In this document: piece after piece, positions 35,001 through 50,173 of the stretch | Layout of the letters: each line of letters opens with the position of its first letter | Position numbering within the stretch: the first letter of the stretch is position 1 | DNA from: the human T2T-CHM13v2.0 reference genome, Homo sapiens | Assembly (NCBI RefSeq): GCF_009914755.1 | Contig: NC_060927.1 | Strand: one strand, 5' to 3' | DNA length: 64,000 bases | Translations under genes and position numbers: made by a program | Notes under the pieces: model-generated | What the model was told of the DNA's origin: nothing | Databases searched by the model: none | What the model saw: only the letters and a program-made list of their open reading frames with translations

Positions 35001-36902
35001 TGGATGATCTTTATACTAAAAAAAGCTATTTCTCAAGTCTGATCATTGCCCACCTCCATTAATATTGGCTTTGTTTTGTGTCTCACTCTATTGCAACTTG
35101 TCAGGATCACCTCTATCTTAAGATTTCATGAGGTTGACATGACCAGATTTTGTTTTTCTTTACATGCACCAGTATTTCTTCATCCACCATTGCCCAGTGC
35201 ACAGCTAGAGTAACCTAAACTTTATTTAGTTTCACTTCCGTCCCACATACTGGTAAAAGTGACAACAATTTTCCAGTGATCTTGAGACATCTTCCAGAGT
35301 GTCTCACGTGTGCTTCCCGAAAAGTCCTGGCCCTTCTCAATGTCGACTGCCAAGACCTCAGCTGCTGATAAGCAGCCGGGAAATAATTGCCTATGTTACC
35401 CACTATGGTCACCTCCCTCTTGGCAATGCCACCTCTGCTGGTGGCCCTGCCTGTACCAAACACCTCTGCTGGAATGCTCAGCATGTCAAAGTGGTACACG
35501 GTGGGTTACTCAGGATGCTAAAGCCACGACTATTTTGTGCACAAATGTGGGCTTCATGTTTCTCCCTATTTTGTGTCACATTTAGACATATGAATCTCAA
35601 AATAGTTTTACTAAGAGCCCAACATCTTAAGGAATTTTAATTAAAATAAACGTTAAGACCTTTATTTTTTGGCTTTTCTCCACCTGCTAGCCCTTTCACT
35701 TTTCTAGACTTAAACCCCTTTTCTAGACTTAATTCTGGGCCTAGGAACAGGAGAGGCAATCATCATATCTCATATAGAGTTTTCTCTTCATGTCTATTAA
35801 CTAAGGATTGGCTGGTGGACCAAATTTGTCTGCTTGCTTGCTCTCTCTCCTCTAATTTCCCACAGGCAAATATAATTTGGGCCACCTTTACAACCAAACT
35901 TCTAGTTATTTTCAGATTCATGTGAAACCCAACCCTGCACAAATCTTGGGTTTAATTTGGGATCTTCATTCTGCTTTCACCAACTACCTAAAACCATCAA
36001 GCAGGAAGACCTGTCATAAAATTTTTTCCCACCTTTTGTCATTGAGGACATATTTTATCAATTCAGGCTAAAGATAATATTACTTTGCCCTCAAACTTCA
36101 GAGTGTTTTACTCCAAATGATAATAAACTCTAGAGACATACTTAATTCAATGCTTAAAAACCTAAGTGTCCTAAAGTGACCCAAGGGTTGGCCTAAATCC
36201 ATCACACTGCAGGACAAAAGGAAATTCTTGTTATTTGATCTTTTGTGAAAACAGAGCAGCTGATCTACCATTCCTCTCTAACTTAGCATCACTTTTTGAG
36301 CAAATGAAAAGTTATCTATCAAACTTCTGTTTTTCTTCAGAGTTTAAAATTCTAGAGACTGGAACCATTTTCTACCTTCATCATTTTAACTTTCCAAGAA
36401 GTCTGTTTAGTGACTTTTCTTTGAAATGTCTTCATGCCCTTACATGCCTCCTGATCAGATAAAGGGACTCCACTTGCTTTGATCTTTCTTTGTAAGTCCT
36501 ACTTTCTTCTGCTTTTATAGTCATCATTGTCCTCTTCCTGCACCTTCTCTAGTATTTCTGTTCTGAGTATAACTGATTGCGAAAATCTTATGTTTATCTT
36601 CCTCATGAAGGGTCAGCCAATGCCAATAAAAGCAAAAATTATCTTCATGAGGAAATGACTAAGCAATAACTTAGTAGCTTCTCATATCTTTCGACCAGAC
36701 AACATTTCAACTCTCAGAAGAAAACTTGGTGGGGATATGCATGCAGGAACCATTCTTAAAAAAAAAAAATCTATTGTGTAACAAAATTAACTCTGGACTC
36801 ATATAGGTTCAAAGCCCTAAGAAAAAAATTAAAGCAAAAAATCTCTAGGGCATTTTCAAAATCACTCACAGAGCAAACTCTCCTTAGAATAGTTGTCTTT
36901 AT

Positions 36903-37258
<356 letters not shown>

Positions 37259-37988
37259 TTATTGCCACAGAGTGATTTGATTGTGACAATTAAGTTACAT
37301 ATTCTACAGAACTGGTTTGTAGAAATAAATGAATAGGAGCAGTAAAAGAAAGAAATAGTAACATTGGAATAGCCAAGAAAGTTATACATGTAAAGATGGG
37401 TTGGGTGTTGGTTAAGCAACCATGTGAAGTCCAGACATTTGGAGATTAGTCAATAGGATAAAATTTTCATATCAAAACACTTTTCATAAAATTTCAGGGC
37501 TTTTCTGCTAAACTGAAGATCCAATAGGAAGGGATACCCACTACTCAATTTTTTTTCCTTCTTTCTGTGATCTCAAGTTTAACTGAAGTGGAAACATTAA
37601 GAAGGAACAAGCTTATAAACAAAACAGGCAATGACCTCTAGAAACAGTGGAACTTAAATATGCAAATTCCATGAGCTGTTCCCACAGGAAAGCGACTTTG
37701 CATCAAAATAAAGAAAATTTATGATGAATATGGGATGCTGTAAATTTGGGATGGATAACTGGTTTCAATAGAATTAAATTATTAACAGCAAGATTACCTA
37801 TTCAAATTATAAAATTATATTTATTCAAGCCTATTTATGGGGATATTCATGAAATATGGAATTAAATATATTTTTACATAAACTAAACTAAAAACAGAAG
37901 CCTACCTATCATCAAATGGTATCTCACTGTCATATTATTGGAACATAGGTTCTAGCAGCTAAGGTATTTTTTTGTATTTATATATTAA

Positions 37989-38306
<318 letters not shown>

Positions 38307-39314
38307 TAATAATTAATAAATCTTATAAAATGTTTTAGATCAACATCTTATTCCTTGATTAATTTCTATGAATAAGAGAAAGGACTAGCATTGTTAACCA
38401 TGTTTAAAACTGGAAATACCAAACCTCAGAGAGACTATGCAATTGTCCAATGTTACTATAACTTAAGTCAGCCAAGGGAACTGAAGCTAATTCCAGATGT
38501 ACCAACTATTCAGTTAAAAAACAAAAACAAAAACATGAACCTAGCCCCATTAAAATGTAAGTTTTACCATTTTGTAAAAATTCACATTTTCAATAAAAGA
38601 CTTACTCTCATAGATCTTTTGATATATCATTTTTGTTTAGACCAACAGTGCTGCACTCACACAAACACCTTCCCATTTCAACTTATTCATCTGAGAAGAA
38701 TATCTCAACCAAAAGCCAGTCAAATTTGAAAAGGCAGAGAGAAAAGGCATAATCAAGGAAGAATTTTATATTTTGTCAATATTTTTTAAGCACTAAGGAA
38801 TAGCTTTAGTTGCTGAAATAATAAAAAATAATAAATGATCACAGAGACTAAACAAGAACAGGTGATTCCTTTACTGTTTAAAGAGATCAGAAAGCAAATG
38901 GTTTCTTTGACTCAAGCAAGTCCATCTCTCACGTATGAAACTCTTAACTGTGACTACAGAGAAACATAATAAGCAAATCATCCAAGTAACAATAATCTAA
39001 TCATATTCCCTTCTCCAAAATTCTACATGCCTGCCTACACACACGGAGCCCAGCTGTCTTTGAGGCGAATAAATAATACTTGAAGGTCAAGTGAAATTTT
39101 TCTATCTAGCAATGTCAGACAGAAAATAAAAGATCACTGCTCAGATGTTCCTTTATAAATGTCCCTCCTTCTCCTCATGATGCTAACAATGACCCAAATC
39201 TTTATTTCACATAGCTGTGGACATGCCAACATGGTTGTATTCTACCCTATGAGTGATTTCTTTCTTCACTTAGCTAAAGAACAAAAAAAGAGAGAAAAAC
39301 ATAAATCAACTAAA

Positions 39315-39965
39315 TAATCCATCAACCATTTAATGGACATTGACGAAGTGCCTCCAACGTGCCAGGCACTGTGCTAGCATCTGGGAATAAGAGGAATAAA
39401 ACCAACCTGGATGTTCTAATGGCTCAAAGTGTAGCTGAATATCCTATCAATGAAATAAACTGTGCAGCACTGTGATAAGAGTCACAGTGATACCATGAAC
39501 AAGATCTAGACATGAGTGAAAAACAATCTTCCTTTGCAAAGTGAACAAAAGGTTTTCACCAAAAACTCCTTAACTCAGAGATTCAGATTTTTTCTTTTAC
39601 TTTTTTTAGGTAGATAAGGAGATGGCACATTCCAGGCAAAGGGAAGAGCTGGGCACATGGATAAATGATAATATGGGGTTTTGGGGACCTATGAGCAGTT
39701 TGGGTTGACTGGATTTGGAGAAGAGAAGAAACAATGTGAAAGGCCAGAGTACAAATGGAAGGAGATGCTCCAGTAATGAAGAATCTTTAACTGCAGTCTG
39801 TGGAAGACCATGGAAAATTATAGCAGGGTGCTGGAAAAATCAGAAAATATAACATAGAGGGCCTGGGGCCCAGGTGGAGGGTGGCAGACTATGACACTTG
39901 GACCGAGGCTGTGGTAACAGGGATTTGAGTTACTAAGGATCTGGTAACTGGGTCAGAGGAGCAGG
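39315..39965 (-). mobile_element. L2 LINE fragments
   Basis: gtgccaggcactgtgctag, cattccaggcaaagggaagagc, gaggctgtggtaacaggga. Confidence 0.65.
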
Positions 39966-40834
39966 TGTTGTGGGTAACTCAACAGAACTGTTTTAATTCT
40001 TGAAAACAGTCACTCTTGCCCAGGCCATCCTTAAATTTCTGGTTTAATTCCCTCTGGTTTTTGGTTCTGAAGTATCTTACATTTTGTGGTTGGGAGAAAT
40101 TTATTTGACTTAGGAGACTGAGCTATTGAGCAAGTTGAGCAAAACTTACATGAGCCACCAGAGAAATGAAATGTCCAGAACTGGCCAAAAGAGAAGCCCT
40201 GGGGCCCTGTCTTTAAAGGATTACTGCATGAATTAGTGACCAGCAGATGCTGAAAGTGAAAGTGGCATGATTGTAAATGCAGCATGAGAGTTTGGCTTGG
40301 ATAGACCAGATGTTTACCAATTTGCTTTGGGAAACCAAAGCCCTAGAGAAGGGTTTGGAAAAAGCCATCAGGGACTACTAAACTGTGACAATGGTCAATT
40401 GCCTTGATAACCATCTTTCCTCTCCACAGATGTTTCCAATGATAGGAAATGCGGGAAAATAAAGGCCATTCAACTAATCAAGCCCATACTTAGCTAAGCT
40501 GGGAATAATGCACAGAGCTTTTTAAAAGCCTCTATTGTGATTCTTTGTTTCCGAAGGGGGCAGGGATTCTGGTTATTAGGTTTGATTTTAAAACCCCTCC
40601 ACTGAATACCACCAGCCTTGTATTCTTGTTGAAATCTTGCACCAGGAAAACCCATCAGACCAACTTGATTAAAAGAGGGTGCTATCAACACTCATGTTAA
40701 TTATTTGGACTAGTGGTGCATCATTTTGCTTTCAAGCTTCTTAGAGATATTTGCTGTTCTGTTCATGACACAATGCTTGTAATCTGGCCAGCCAGCCAGA
40801 AAACACCATTTCAAAAATTTGTGACGTAAACTTG

Positions 40835-41204
40835 TGGTTTAGTCCGTTTGCACACTGCTGTAAGGACATAACCGAGCCTGAGTAATTTATAATGGAAAGA
40901 GGTTTAATTAACTTACCATTCTGCAAGGCTGCGGAGGCCTCAGGAAACACAATCAAGGTGGAAGGGGAAGCAAATATGTCCTTCATCACATCGTGGCAGG
41001 AGAGAGAAGAAAGTGCAAGAGGGGAAAAGCCCCATATAAAACCATCAGACCTTCTGAGAACTCACTCATCATCACAAGCACAGCATAAGGGTAAACGCCT
41101 GCTGATTAAATTACCCACCACTCGGTCCCTCCCATGACACATGGGGATTATGGGAACTACAATTCAAGATGAGATTTGGATGGGGACACAGCTAAACCAT
41201 ATCA
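40835..41204 (-). mobile_element. THE1 (THE1C/D-like) solo LTR
   Basis: Complete LTR ending gggacacagctaaaccatatca; perfect 5-bp TSD ACTTG (40830-40834 / 41205-41209). Confidence 0.93.
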
Positions 41205-41322
41205 ACTTGTGTCAGCTTTTACAAATACTATGTGTAACTCAGTACTAGGTGGGAGAAAGGAAAAAACAAAAAGAAACATTCTGAAAGATGAGGCCATAAA
41301 TTGTAAGACTTACACTCTTACC

Positions 41323-41475
41323 ACTACTGCTTAGTATCATCCATGGACCAGCAGATCAGTTTCACCTGGGAGCTTAGCAATGCTAATTAGTGTCTGTCAC
41401 CCCAGGCCTGCTGACTCAAACTAGGCATTTTAACAAGATATTCCAGGTGATTCCTGTGCAAGTCCATTTGAGGGG
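41323..41475. mobile_element. MER5A-like hAT-Charlie MITE
   Basis: ggaccagcag...cacctgggagctt...cattttaacaagat...caggtgattc. Confidence 0.7.
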
Positions 41476-43639
41476 CACATGGAGGGCTTTTGGGGCAAAA
41501 ACTCAAGTGGTCTTTTTCTTTTAGACTTTTTTTTAATCATATGTTTTTGGTTTTTGTCTCCTTCTAAACTCGAAGCTCTTAGTATCATCATCATCATTAT
41601 TATATTTTACATATGATAAAGGCAACCAGTTATACTTAGATGCAGGTAACAAAATGGTAAGTAAGAAAAGGAAATGTGAGATATAGTTGTATATGTGCTT
41701 TTTTATTCAGGCATTGAATGACAATCTCTAGAAGCAAGGCTAATGCTCCTATAATTCTGAAGTAATGATAGGTGTCAACTATATTTGGAAATGCCTGCAA
41801 CAACTATAATGTTATATAAAAATATCTATGACAAAGTCATATTCTGTCAATACTACTGTGCCTTGTTGCTGCATTCATAATTAAAAGGTGTACTAAGTAT
41901 GAGTTTGAGATTAGTAAAAATTAGATGTCATTTTCTTTCCAACCAAGTTAAACACTGCTGAATTCAGTCCAAGGGCCCCAGGTTAAGAACGTTTGTTCTA
42001 AGAGGCTAATGTAGGAAATTATGGGATGTGTTTTAACTTGGTCTTGCTGGAAGGTGGGTGAGGGCTCCATGAGCTGGCTCCATACAATCCTTCCTCAAGT
42101 ACATGATGAAGGAAGGTGCAAGGAGGCTGATGTTCTTCCACCCCAGTAGGCTATTAAGTGCCCAAGCCCCACTCCCAACCCCTTTGGGGGTTTCTTTGTT
42201 CTGAACCATTAAAAGGTTGGGCTGAGGCAGATGGATAATCTGTAAATCCTTCATTTTCTTCATCAGATCTGTTTTCCAAACATTGCCTGATGTTATAGGA
42301 ATATTTACAGAAAGGGTGTGTTTGTAGTTATTTATGTTTCACATTTATTTACTTAGAATTTTTAAAATCTCATTTTCATTTTGATTTTGTATTCCAAACC
42401 AATTAATGGTCTTGGTTGAACAACAAAAACAGACTAAAATTAAAATTATCATAAACAAGCAGTACAATAACAGCCTCATGAAAAAGGTAAAGCAAGCTGA
42501 TGGTGGGACAAACATTTCACCTTCTCAGTTGATTAATTTTAGATAAATAAGGCAAAATAAACAAACAAATATAGAGCTTGGCATGTGGTATGCATGCAAT
42601 AAATATTTGATGAATGAATCAAGATATCAGAAAGAAAAATATTTGAAAGGTCTTTCTCTAACAGCCACTACTCATTTTAGCTACACATAATTGACTGGAA
42701 ATATTCCCATTTTAGGAAGGAATTCTTTAGAGTAAGTGCGCTGAATTTAACATTTATTCATGTTTCTTTAAGTTGTAAGACTTGATAATTTTAGTATAAA
42801 TGGGTGAACCCTGGGGTCAGGAATTATCTGATGTGATGTTCAGGAAGTAGCTTTGGCACTGTCAAGCAGAAGATAATTTAAAACCACCAAAGCATTCTCA
42901 TTGTTAATATTTAAAGACTTCTGGGAAATGTGTTCATTTATTTCACAATTTAAAATAAACAAGTCTTAATAGCAACCTTTGAATATCTCTTAACAAAATT
43001 ATCACCAAGCACCATTAGAAATAGCTTTTTATTGTTTGTGATCTATGAACTCACTCCATAATACTAATGCTTCAATCAGTTGTGACTGAGAGTTATATTC
43101 ATGACAGATGCCAGAAATGGATCAAAAGCAGATAGAAGAAGCAAGCTGCTACCACCTTGTCCTCATAACATGTGTTCAAATAAAATTTTAAAAGTTCAAG
43201 GCTATATAACTTTTGTTTCATTGAAGATATTATAAAAGTAGACTGTTCTGAAGTAATTTTTACTTTTTTCTTCCCCGTTGATCTGAAGCATGCAACCAGG
43301 ATTCATGGAGTTCTTTTCTGAAATTAATAAGGTTTTTGTTTACTAAGAAGCTTGAGTCTAAAAATCCTTTCTTAAATCCATTTTTGAAAACATCTAGTGT
43401 GACCCACTACACACAATTTCTAAGCCTACATCTTGGTAGTGGGCAGAGTAGATATACTCTTGCTCTAGTCCATGACATTATTTGTTATCTGTAAATTTTA
43501 GAAGAGATTCTGTATTCATATAGTATATATATATACACACACACACACATATAATAATGTATATTCAATATAGTATACACGCTATGTATTTGTACATATA
43601 TATTTAAACTATGTAAGTAAACCATATGTAAATGATAAA

Positions 43640-44810
43640 AATGTTTAAATTATCAGAAAGAGGTATAAAATAAATGTCCAAAATGCAAAAAGAGATTAAA
43701 AGAAGGTATGTAAAAATAAAGAAATGATTGAACAATAAGAAAAATGAATAGGTTATTTGAAAAATAAAAGAATCCAATAGAGTTTTTAGAAGTAAATAAG
43801 GTCATTAAAATATTTAAGAAAATCCATGGACAAATTAAATAGGATATTAGATTATAAAAAGTATATTATAAAAACTTCGAAGTATATTATAAAAAGTATA
43901 TTATATTATAAAAACTGAAGTATATTATGAAAACTTTAATGACAAGCAATAGTTTGGTCAAGACACTTGCAACATATAATACAATTTTGGTATCTGAAAT
44001 ATACAAAAAATCCCTATAAACCAGTAAGAGTCCAAGAAAAGCAGGCAGAGGACATAAATAAGCAATCTCAGAGTTATTTGCTAATAAACATAAGAAAAAT
44101 GTTCAATTTCACTAGAAATTAGCACTATATAATTTTTAATAAATTGTAATACATTTAACTCTTATTATACTAGTAAAAATCAAAATAGCTGACAAATACC
44201 AAGTATTGGCAAGGATGTGGAGAAATGAGAACTTTCAAACAACTCTAGTAGAAGTGTAAACTATAACAACTACACTGGAAGATAAAGGGGATACTATCCA
44301 ATAATTTTAAAGATACATCTAATTATTTACCAGAAATTTCTCTGCTCCAAAGAGTAGATTGTAAGGACTAGGAACATGAACTCAGGAGAAATGATGTCTT
44401 AGTTTGAGTCTTGAGTCTGTCACCTAATAGATCTGTGTTCCTAGGCAAATTAGCCTCTCTGAGACTCAGTCTCAGCCTCTTTTCTCTAGAATACTCTCTG
44501 TCATGAGTATTAAAAGAGTTCACAGAGGACTTAGTATAATGCTTGGAATAAAATAAGCTCAGTATAAATGTTAATCATAGCCAAACGCTGTTAATAATAC
44601 CTAATAAAATTTAGCTATTAGCATGTGTACACATTTTAGAAATTCTGGCAGATGCACACAGGAGACAGGAAAGGATGGTCATTGCAGCATTGTTTCCGCT
44701 AATGTTAAGTTGGAACCAACTTAAATTTCTCCCACTGTGAGAACGAATAAATAAACTGTGCTATATTTATACAGTGGAATACTACACAGCAGTTAAGGGA
44801 ATAACCTAGG
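43640..44810 (+). mobile_element. L1ME-type fragments with a MIR inserted at ~44350-44600
   Basis: gacaaataccaagtattggcaaggatgtggagaaatgagaact; acagtggaatactacacagcagtt. Confidence 0.6.
43851..43936 (+). repeat. AT-rich minisatellite (aagtatattataaaaa-type units)
   Basis: About 4-5 imperfect copies of gtatattataaaaa. Confidence 0.8.
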
Positions 44811-44829
44811 TCAGGATTGTATGAAACAT

Positions 44830-44987
44830 GGCCTGCTTTTGTTAATAAAACTTAATTGGAATATAGCTATGCCCATTCATTTTAACATGTTACCTATGGC
44901 TGCTTTTGCACTGCAGTGGTGGGGTTGAATAGTTGAAGTAGAGAGTATATAGCAGGAAAAGTTTAAAATACTTACAGTCTGGCCCTA
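44830..44987. mobile_element. MER58-like hAT-Charlie fragment
   Basis: aataaaacttaattggaatatagctatgcccattcatt...atggctgcttttgcac...aaaatacttacagtctggccct. Confidence 0.7.
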
Positions 44988-45284
44988 AAATTTCCATTGA
45001 ATTTTTATTTTAATATTATATTTTCATTTTCATTATAATCAAAAAAAATTTTATAAAATTATAATTTGAATATGACTGACCACCTTGAACTGAATATAGA
45101 CACTTGATTTTAGTGCCCACATTTGATTTTATGCTTTTAATAGCATAGGAGCCAAAAGATATGACCTTAATATTCCTTAGCTGAGAACTAAAGAACAAAG
45201 GCAATGATGAGTTTGGGCCAAATAAAGGCCAAATAAAGACAAAAGAGCTTCATGGGGTTTAAGAACAAAGATGTCATAGAATAG

Positions 45285-45448
45285 AATCTCTACCCTGATT
45301 ACATATTAGAGTCACCAGGGAGCTTTTACAACATACCAGTGCCACACAGTCCCACCCATGGCCATCCCTGGAAGAAGGACCCAAGCAAGAATATATTTTA
45401 AAACTCCACAAATGACTCTAACGCGCAGTAAGGATTGAGAGCCACTGT
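45285..45448. mobile_element. MER5B/MER5A1-like MITE
   Basis: catattagagtcaccagggagctttt...ttttaaaactccacaaatgactctaa...ttgagagccactg. Confidence 0.65.
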
Positions 45449-45689
45449 TTCCGAGCAGTTAACATAGACAACTAGATGGAAGAACTGGACTTTTCAAGAT
45501 ACAACGTGCATGCAACATAATGTGGGCATGCTCATATAAAAAACTCTGCACTTTATAAGATGGTATTCTGCCCATGTAGGAAGGGGAGCAATTTAGCTCA
45601 ACAACACAGCAGCAACTATTACATGAACAATGCTAATGTAATACTAATTTATATTACTTACGTATTTGGTATTTTTCTTTAAAATTTTT

Positions 45690-47562
45690 TCTTTTTAATT
45701 TTTGTGAGTACATAGTACATAATTATGGGGTACATGAGATATTTTGGTACAGGCATGCAGTGAGTAATAACCACATATCACAGAAAATTAGGTAGTGATT
45801 TCCTTAAGCATTAATCCTTTGTGTTACAAACAATCCAATTATACCTTTTTAGTTATTTTAAAATATATAATTAAATCCTTTTTACTATAGTCCCGCTGTT
45901 GTGCTATCAAATAAGAGATTTTATTCATTCTTTCTAACTATTGTTTTGTACCCATTAACCATCCCCATCTCCACCCCTTCCCAGTCCCTGGTAACAATTC
46001 TTCTATGCTCTACGTCCATGAATTCAATTGTTTTAATTTTTAGATCCCACAAATAAGTGGGAACATGCAATGTCTGTCTTTCTCTGTCCGGTTGATTTCA
46101 CTTAACCTAATGACCTCCATTTCCATCTGTGTCATTGCATATGACAGAATTTCATTCTTTTTATGGCTGAATAGTACTCCATTATGTGCATGTATCATAT
46201 ATTCTTTATCCATTCATCTGCTGATGAATACTTAGGTTGCTTCAAAATCTTGGCTATTGTGAACAGTGCTACAATAAACACGAGAGTGCTGATATCTCTT
46301 GGATATACTGATTTATTTTCTTTTGGGTATATACCTAGCAGTGGGATTACTAGATCATATGGTGACTGTACTCTTAGTTTTTTGAGAAACCTACAAACTC
46401 TTCTCCAAAGTGGTTGTACTAATTTACATTCCCACCAACAGTGGACAAGGTTCCCTTTTCTCTACATCCTCACTAGTATTTGTTATTGCCTGTCTTTTGA
46501 AAAAAAGCCATTTTTAACTGGGATGAGATGATATTTTATTGTAGTTTTCATCTGCATTTCTTTCATGGTCAGTGATGTTGAGCACCATTTCATATACCTG
46601 TTTGCCATTTGTACGCCTTCTTTTGAAAAATATTTACTCATATCTTTTGCCTAGTTCTTAATTGAATTATTAGATTTTTTTTCCTATAGTTTTTTTGAGC
46701 ATCTTATGTATTCAGATTATTAATCTCTTGTCAGATGGGTAGTTTGAAAACATTTTCTCCCATTCTGTGGGTTATTTCTTCACTTTGTTGATTGTTTCCT
46801 TTGCTGTACAGAGGCTTTTAATTTGATGTGATCCTATTTGTCTATTTTTGCTCTGTTTGCCTGTGCTTGTGAGATATTACTCAAAAAATATTTGCCCATT
46901 CCAGTGTCCTGGGAAGATTCCCCAATGTTTTCTTTTAGTAGTTTCATAATTTGAGGACTTAAATTTAAATCCTTAATTCATTTTGATTGGATTTTTGTAT
47001 ACGGTGAGAGATAGGGGACTAGTTTTATTCTTCTGAATATGAATATTCAGTTTTCCCAGCACCAATTGTTGAAGAAAATATCTTTTCCTCAGTGTATGTT
47101 CTTGTTGTCTTTGTTAAAAATGAGTTCACTGTAGGTGTGTGGATTTGCTTCTGGGTTCTCTATTTTGCTTCATTGGTCTATGGTTCTGTTTTTATGCAAG
47201 TATCATGCTGTTTGGCTTATTATAGCTCTGTAGTATAATTTGAACTCAGGTAATATAATTCCTCCAGTTGTTTTTCTCTTCTTTTCTTTCTTTTTTTTTT
47301 TTAACTTAAGAGAGCTTTGGCTATTCTGTGCTTTAGTGGTTCCCTATACATTGTAGGATTTTTTTTTCTATTTCCGTGAAGGATGTCATTGGTATTTTGA
47401 TAGGGATTGCATTGAATTTGTAGATTACTGGGTAGTATGAACATTTTAACAATATTGATTCTTCCAATCCATGAACATGGAATATCTTTTCATTTCTTGT
47501 GGCCTCTTCAGTTTATTTCATCAGTGTTTAATGCTTTTCATTGTAGAGGTCTTTTACTTCTT
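45690..47562 (-). mobile_element. L1MA2/3-like LINE-1, 5'-truncated
   Basis: 3'UTR aatttttgtgagtacatag...ggggtacatgagatattttgg...tgtgttacaaacaatccaattata followed by antisense ORF2 3' part. Confidence 0.88.
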
Positions 47563-49031
47563 TCTCTTTTTCCTTTCCTTCTGCAATTTCTATTATGCAT
47601 AAGCTGCTTTAATCGTGTCCCAGGGTCTCATAGGCTCTGTGAATTTTTTCTTATTATTTTTTTCTTCCTTTTTCCTAGACTGATTTTTTATTTCACCACT
47701 TCAAACTCTGCCAGTGAATCACTAATCTCATCTAGTGAGTTTTTTTATTTCAGTTGTTTTACTATTTAGCTTCAGAATTTTTATTTGGTTCTATTTTATG
47801 ATTCTTAAATCTTTACGAATATTTTCCATTTGGTAAAATGTTTTTATACATCCTTTCAGTTCTTTAGACACTTTCTTTAGTTCTTTAAACATAATTTTTA
47901 GGTTTAAAAATGTCTGGGCTTTCTCGAGGATGGTTTCTATTAATTACTTCTTTTCCTGTGTATGGGCCATGGTTTCATGTTTCTTTGCATGTCTTGTGAT
48001 TTTTTTGTTGTTGTTGAATAAGGGATATTTTAAGTAGTGTAATGTGGCAACTCTAAAAAGAAGATGTTCCCCTCCCCAGGGTTTGTTGTTTTTTATTGTT
48101 GTAGTTGTTGATATTTGTTTAATATTCTTTCTCTGGACTAATGCTGTGATGTCTGTATTTTTTGTAGTGTGTGGCCACTGAAGTAACTGCTCAGTTAGCT
48201 TTTTAGTTGGCTGATTAATAATTGGACCAACATTTAGTTAAATGCTTTGAACAAATGTCTCCTAACCTTTGTCAAGTGATTTGAGGATATGTATTGGGGA
48301 ATGCTTCAATGCTCAGGAAGGCTGTTTACAACTTTACTTAGGCCTTTATTCTGTGCTTGTTCAGAGCCTCAAGTTCAGCCAAAGTGAGAGATTTGAATCT
48401 TCTCATGTCTTTCAATTATATGGCCCTGTTTATGGGCATGCCTTTTAGATTCCCAGAAATGTGTCACAGCTTTTCAAAGGTCATTATAGAGGGTTCATTT
48501 CTAATTTTTTCTTCTTTTCTTTTTTTTCTCATTCATTTGTTAGCTTTAATATATTCCCGAGACTATGCCTCCTCAGGCAGCTTTGATATTAAACAAATTG
48601 TCATTGATTATTTTTGAAAAATGCCTCATGGATAGCACTGTTGGCATAGAGCAAGTTCTGAGTCAGGTCAAATAAAGACAAACCCTGAGAACTGGGATTT
48701 TTCAATGAGCTGCTAGGCAGATGAAATAGTGACAGTTCTCTAGCAATGAAGCTTTTTGAGGCACTCTAAACTTGTCTATCCAGTGGATGATAAGTGATTG
48801 GTTTTCACAGCTACTGTAGTTTTGAGGATGCTTTTTAAAAGTCCACCAGGGAGCTGTGGAAAGAGTGATCAGATCAGGGCAAGGTAAAATACCATAAACT
48901 CATAGTTTATTCAGGAAAATGACATTCCAAGGGAAAAATCCCTTGCAATATTTGCAAGCTTTTAGTTAATTTTCAGTTTCTCATTTCTTTTATAAAGAAG
49001 CTGATTTTCAGAGGTTCTTACTCCACCATTT
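47563..49031 (-). mobile_element. Older L1M ORF1/5'UTR region (probable host of the L1MA insertion)
   Basis: Antisense L1M ORF1 text (gtgtcccagggtctcataggctctgt) and 5' region (tgtggcaactct...cccctccccagggtttg), ending ttactccaccattt. Confidence 0.65.
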
Positions 49032-50131
49032 GAAAACTGAGAACTACATATTTTTGAATCATGCAGTTTCTGATGTGTGAACATTATTTATTTATAAAAA
49101 ACAATTTCATATGGTTCAAAGTAGTATATTCAATTTTGCATTAACCTGAGCCCAACTGCAGGCAATCATTTGGGAATCCAGTAATGTTAAGTGTAATATG
49201 GTCTACTTACTTCTTGCTAATTACAGTAAAAGTAAAGGCAGTCTCTCTTCTGATTCAACACAGCACCTTTCTTCATGTGCTGCTTTTCAAATGTATCCTG
49301 CATTATTTTCATCTAATTCTACCTGGTCTAGAATTCATAGATCTTGGTTTAAAGATCATTTTTGAATTTATGAGCAACCTTATGGACTGCATTTGCACCT
49401 GCTAAAAGTTTGCTTAAAATGCATACTTTTTATTTATCAATGGTCTTATATTGAGTGTTGCCTCTCCAATTCCCTTTGCAAAAGGCATGTGATGCTCTTT
49501 AAATGTTTGCCCTTATTTCAAGCACTGTCTGCTTAGTACTTGTGCATCTTACTTGCTAAGTTGAGTTACCTGTCTTGTGCCTCCATTATCTGCAGTAAAG
49601 AGCACTTTCTGCCAAGCAGTAGAGGTTGGAAGGTCTATGTATGCTCCCTGGCAGAGAAAGTCACTTCCCAACGTGAAAATAAATTTTTTTCCTGCATAAC
49701 ATTTCCTGTATAATGTGATTAACTAGTCCTTCAACTGACACACAGAAAGGAGATTTGCCATTTATTTGCTTTGTGCCCTATAGTGTGCAGGCTTTAGTTA
49801 CCTACCTTGAAAGGAAATCCTTCTCTAGCTCTTTACTATATCCTGAAGAGAGTCCAAACAGTTTAGCATGGGATTTGTCCATTACTATTTTTCCAGTGCC
49901 TGGAACATAGTAGGTGTTCAGTAAAATATTTATTGACTGAATTAATTCAAGGACTTTTATTAACTTTCCAACCTCATTATTTCTTTAATAATCAGTCCAT
50001 GCTCTGAGTTCAGTGGAGCTTTCTTCCATTTCCTGAACTCTCCATGTGCTTTTCACATTCTCTTTTTAAATTCATTTCTTCTGCCTTGAATGCCTTGCCC
50101 ATGAGCCCCTTTTACCTATGGAAATTATGTG

Positions 50132-50173
50132 CCTCCTTCAAAACACTTTCTTCCTCCTTCAAAACACTTTCTT
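50132..50173 (+). repeat. Perfect 21-bp tandem duplication
   Basis: cctccttcaaaacactttctt x2. Confidence 0.95.

Noticed and set aside
35426-35446. Second CTCF site
   Set aside because: CCAGCAGAGGTGGC misaligns with the core GGCGC positions; much weaker than the 7764-7782 motif.
43851-43936. Repeat-spacer-like array
   Set aside because: AT-rich slippage minisatellite inside an L1 relic; no unique spacers and a eukaryotic context, so not CRISPR.
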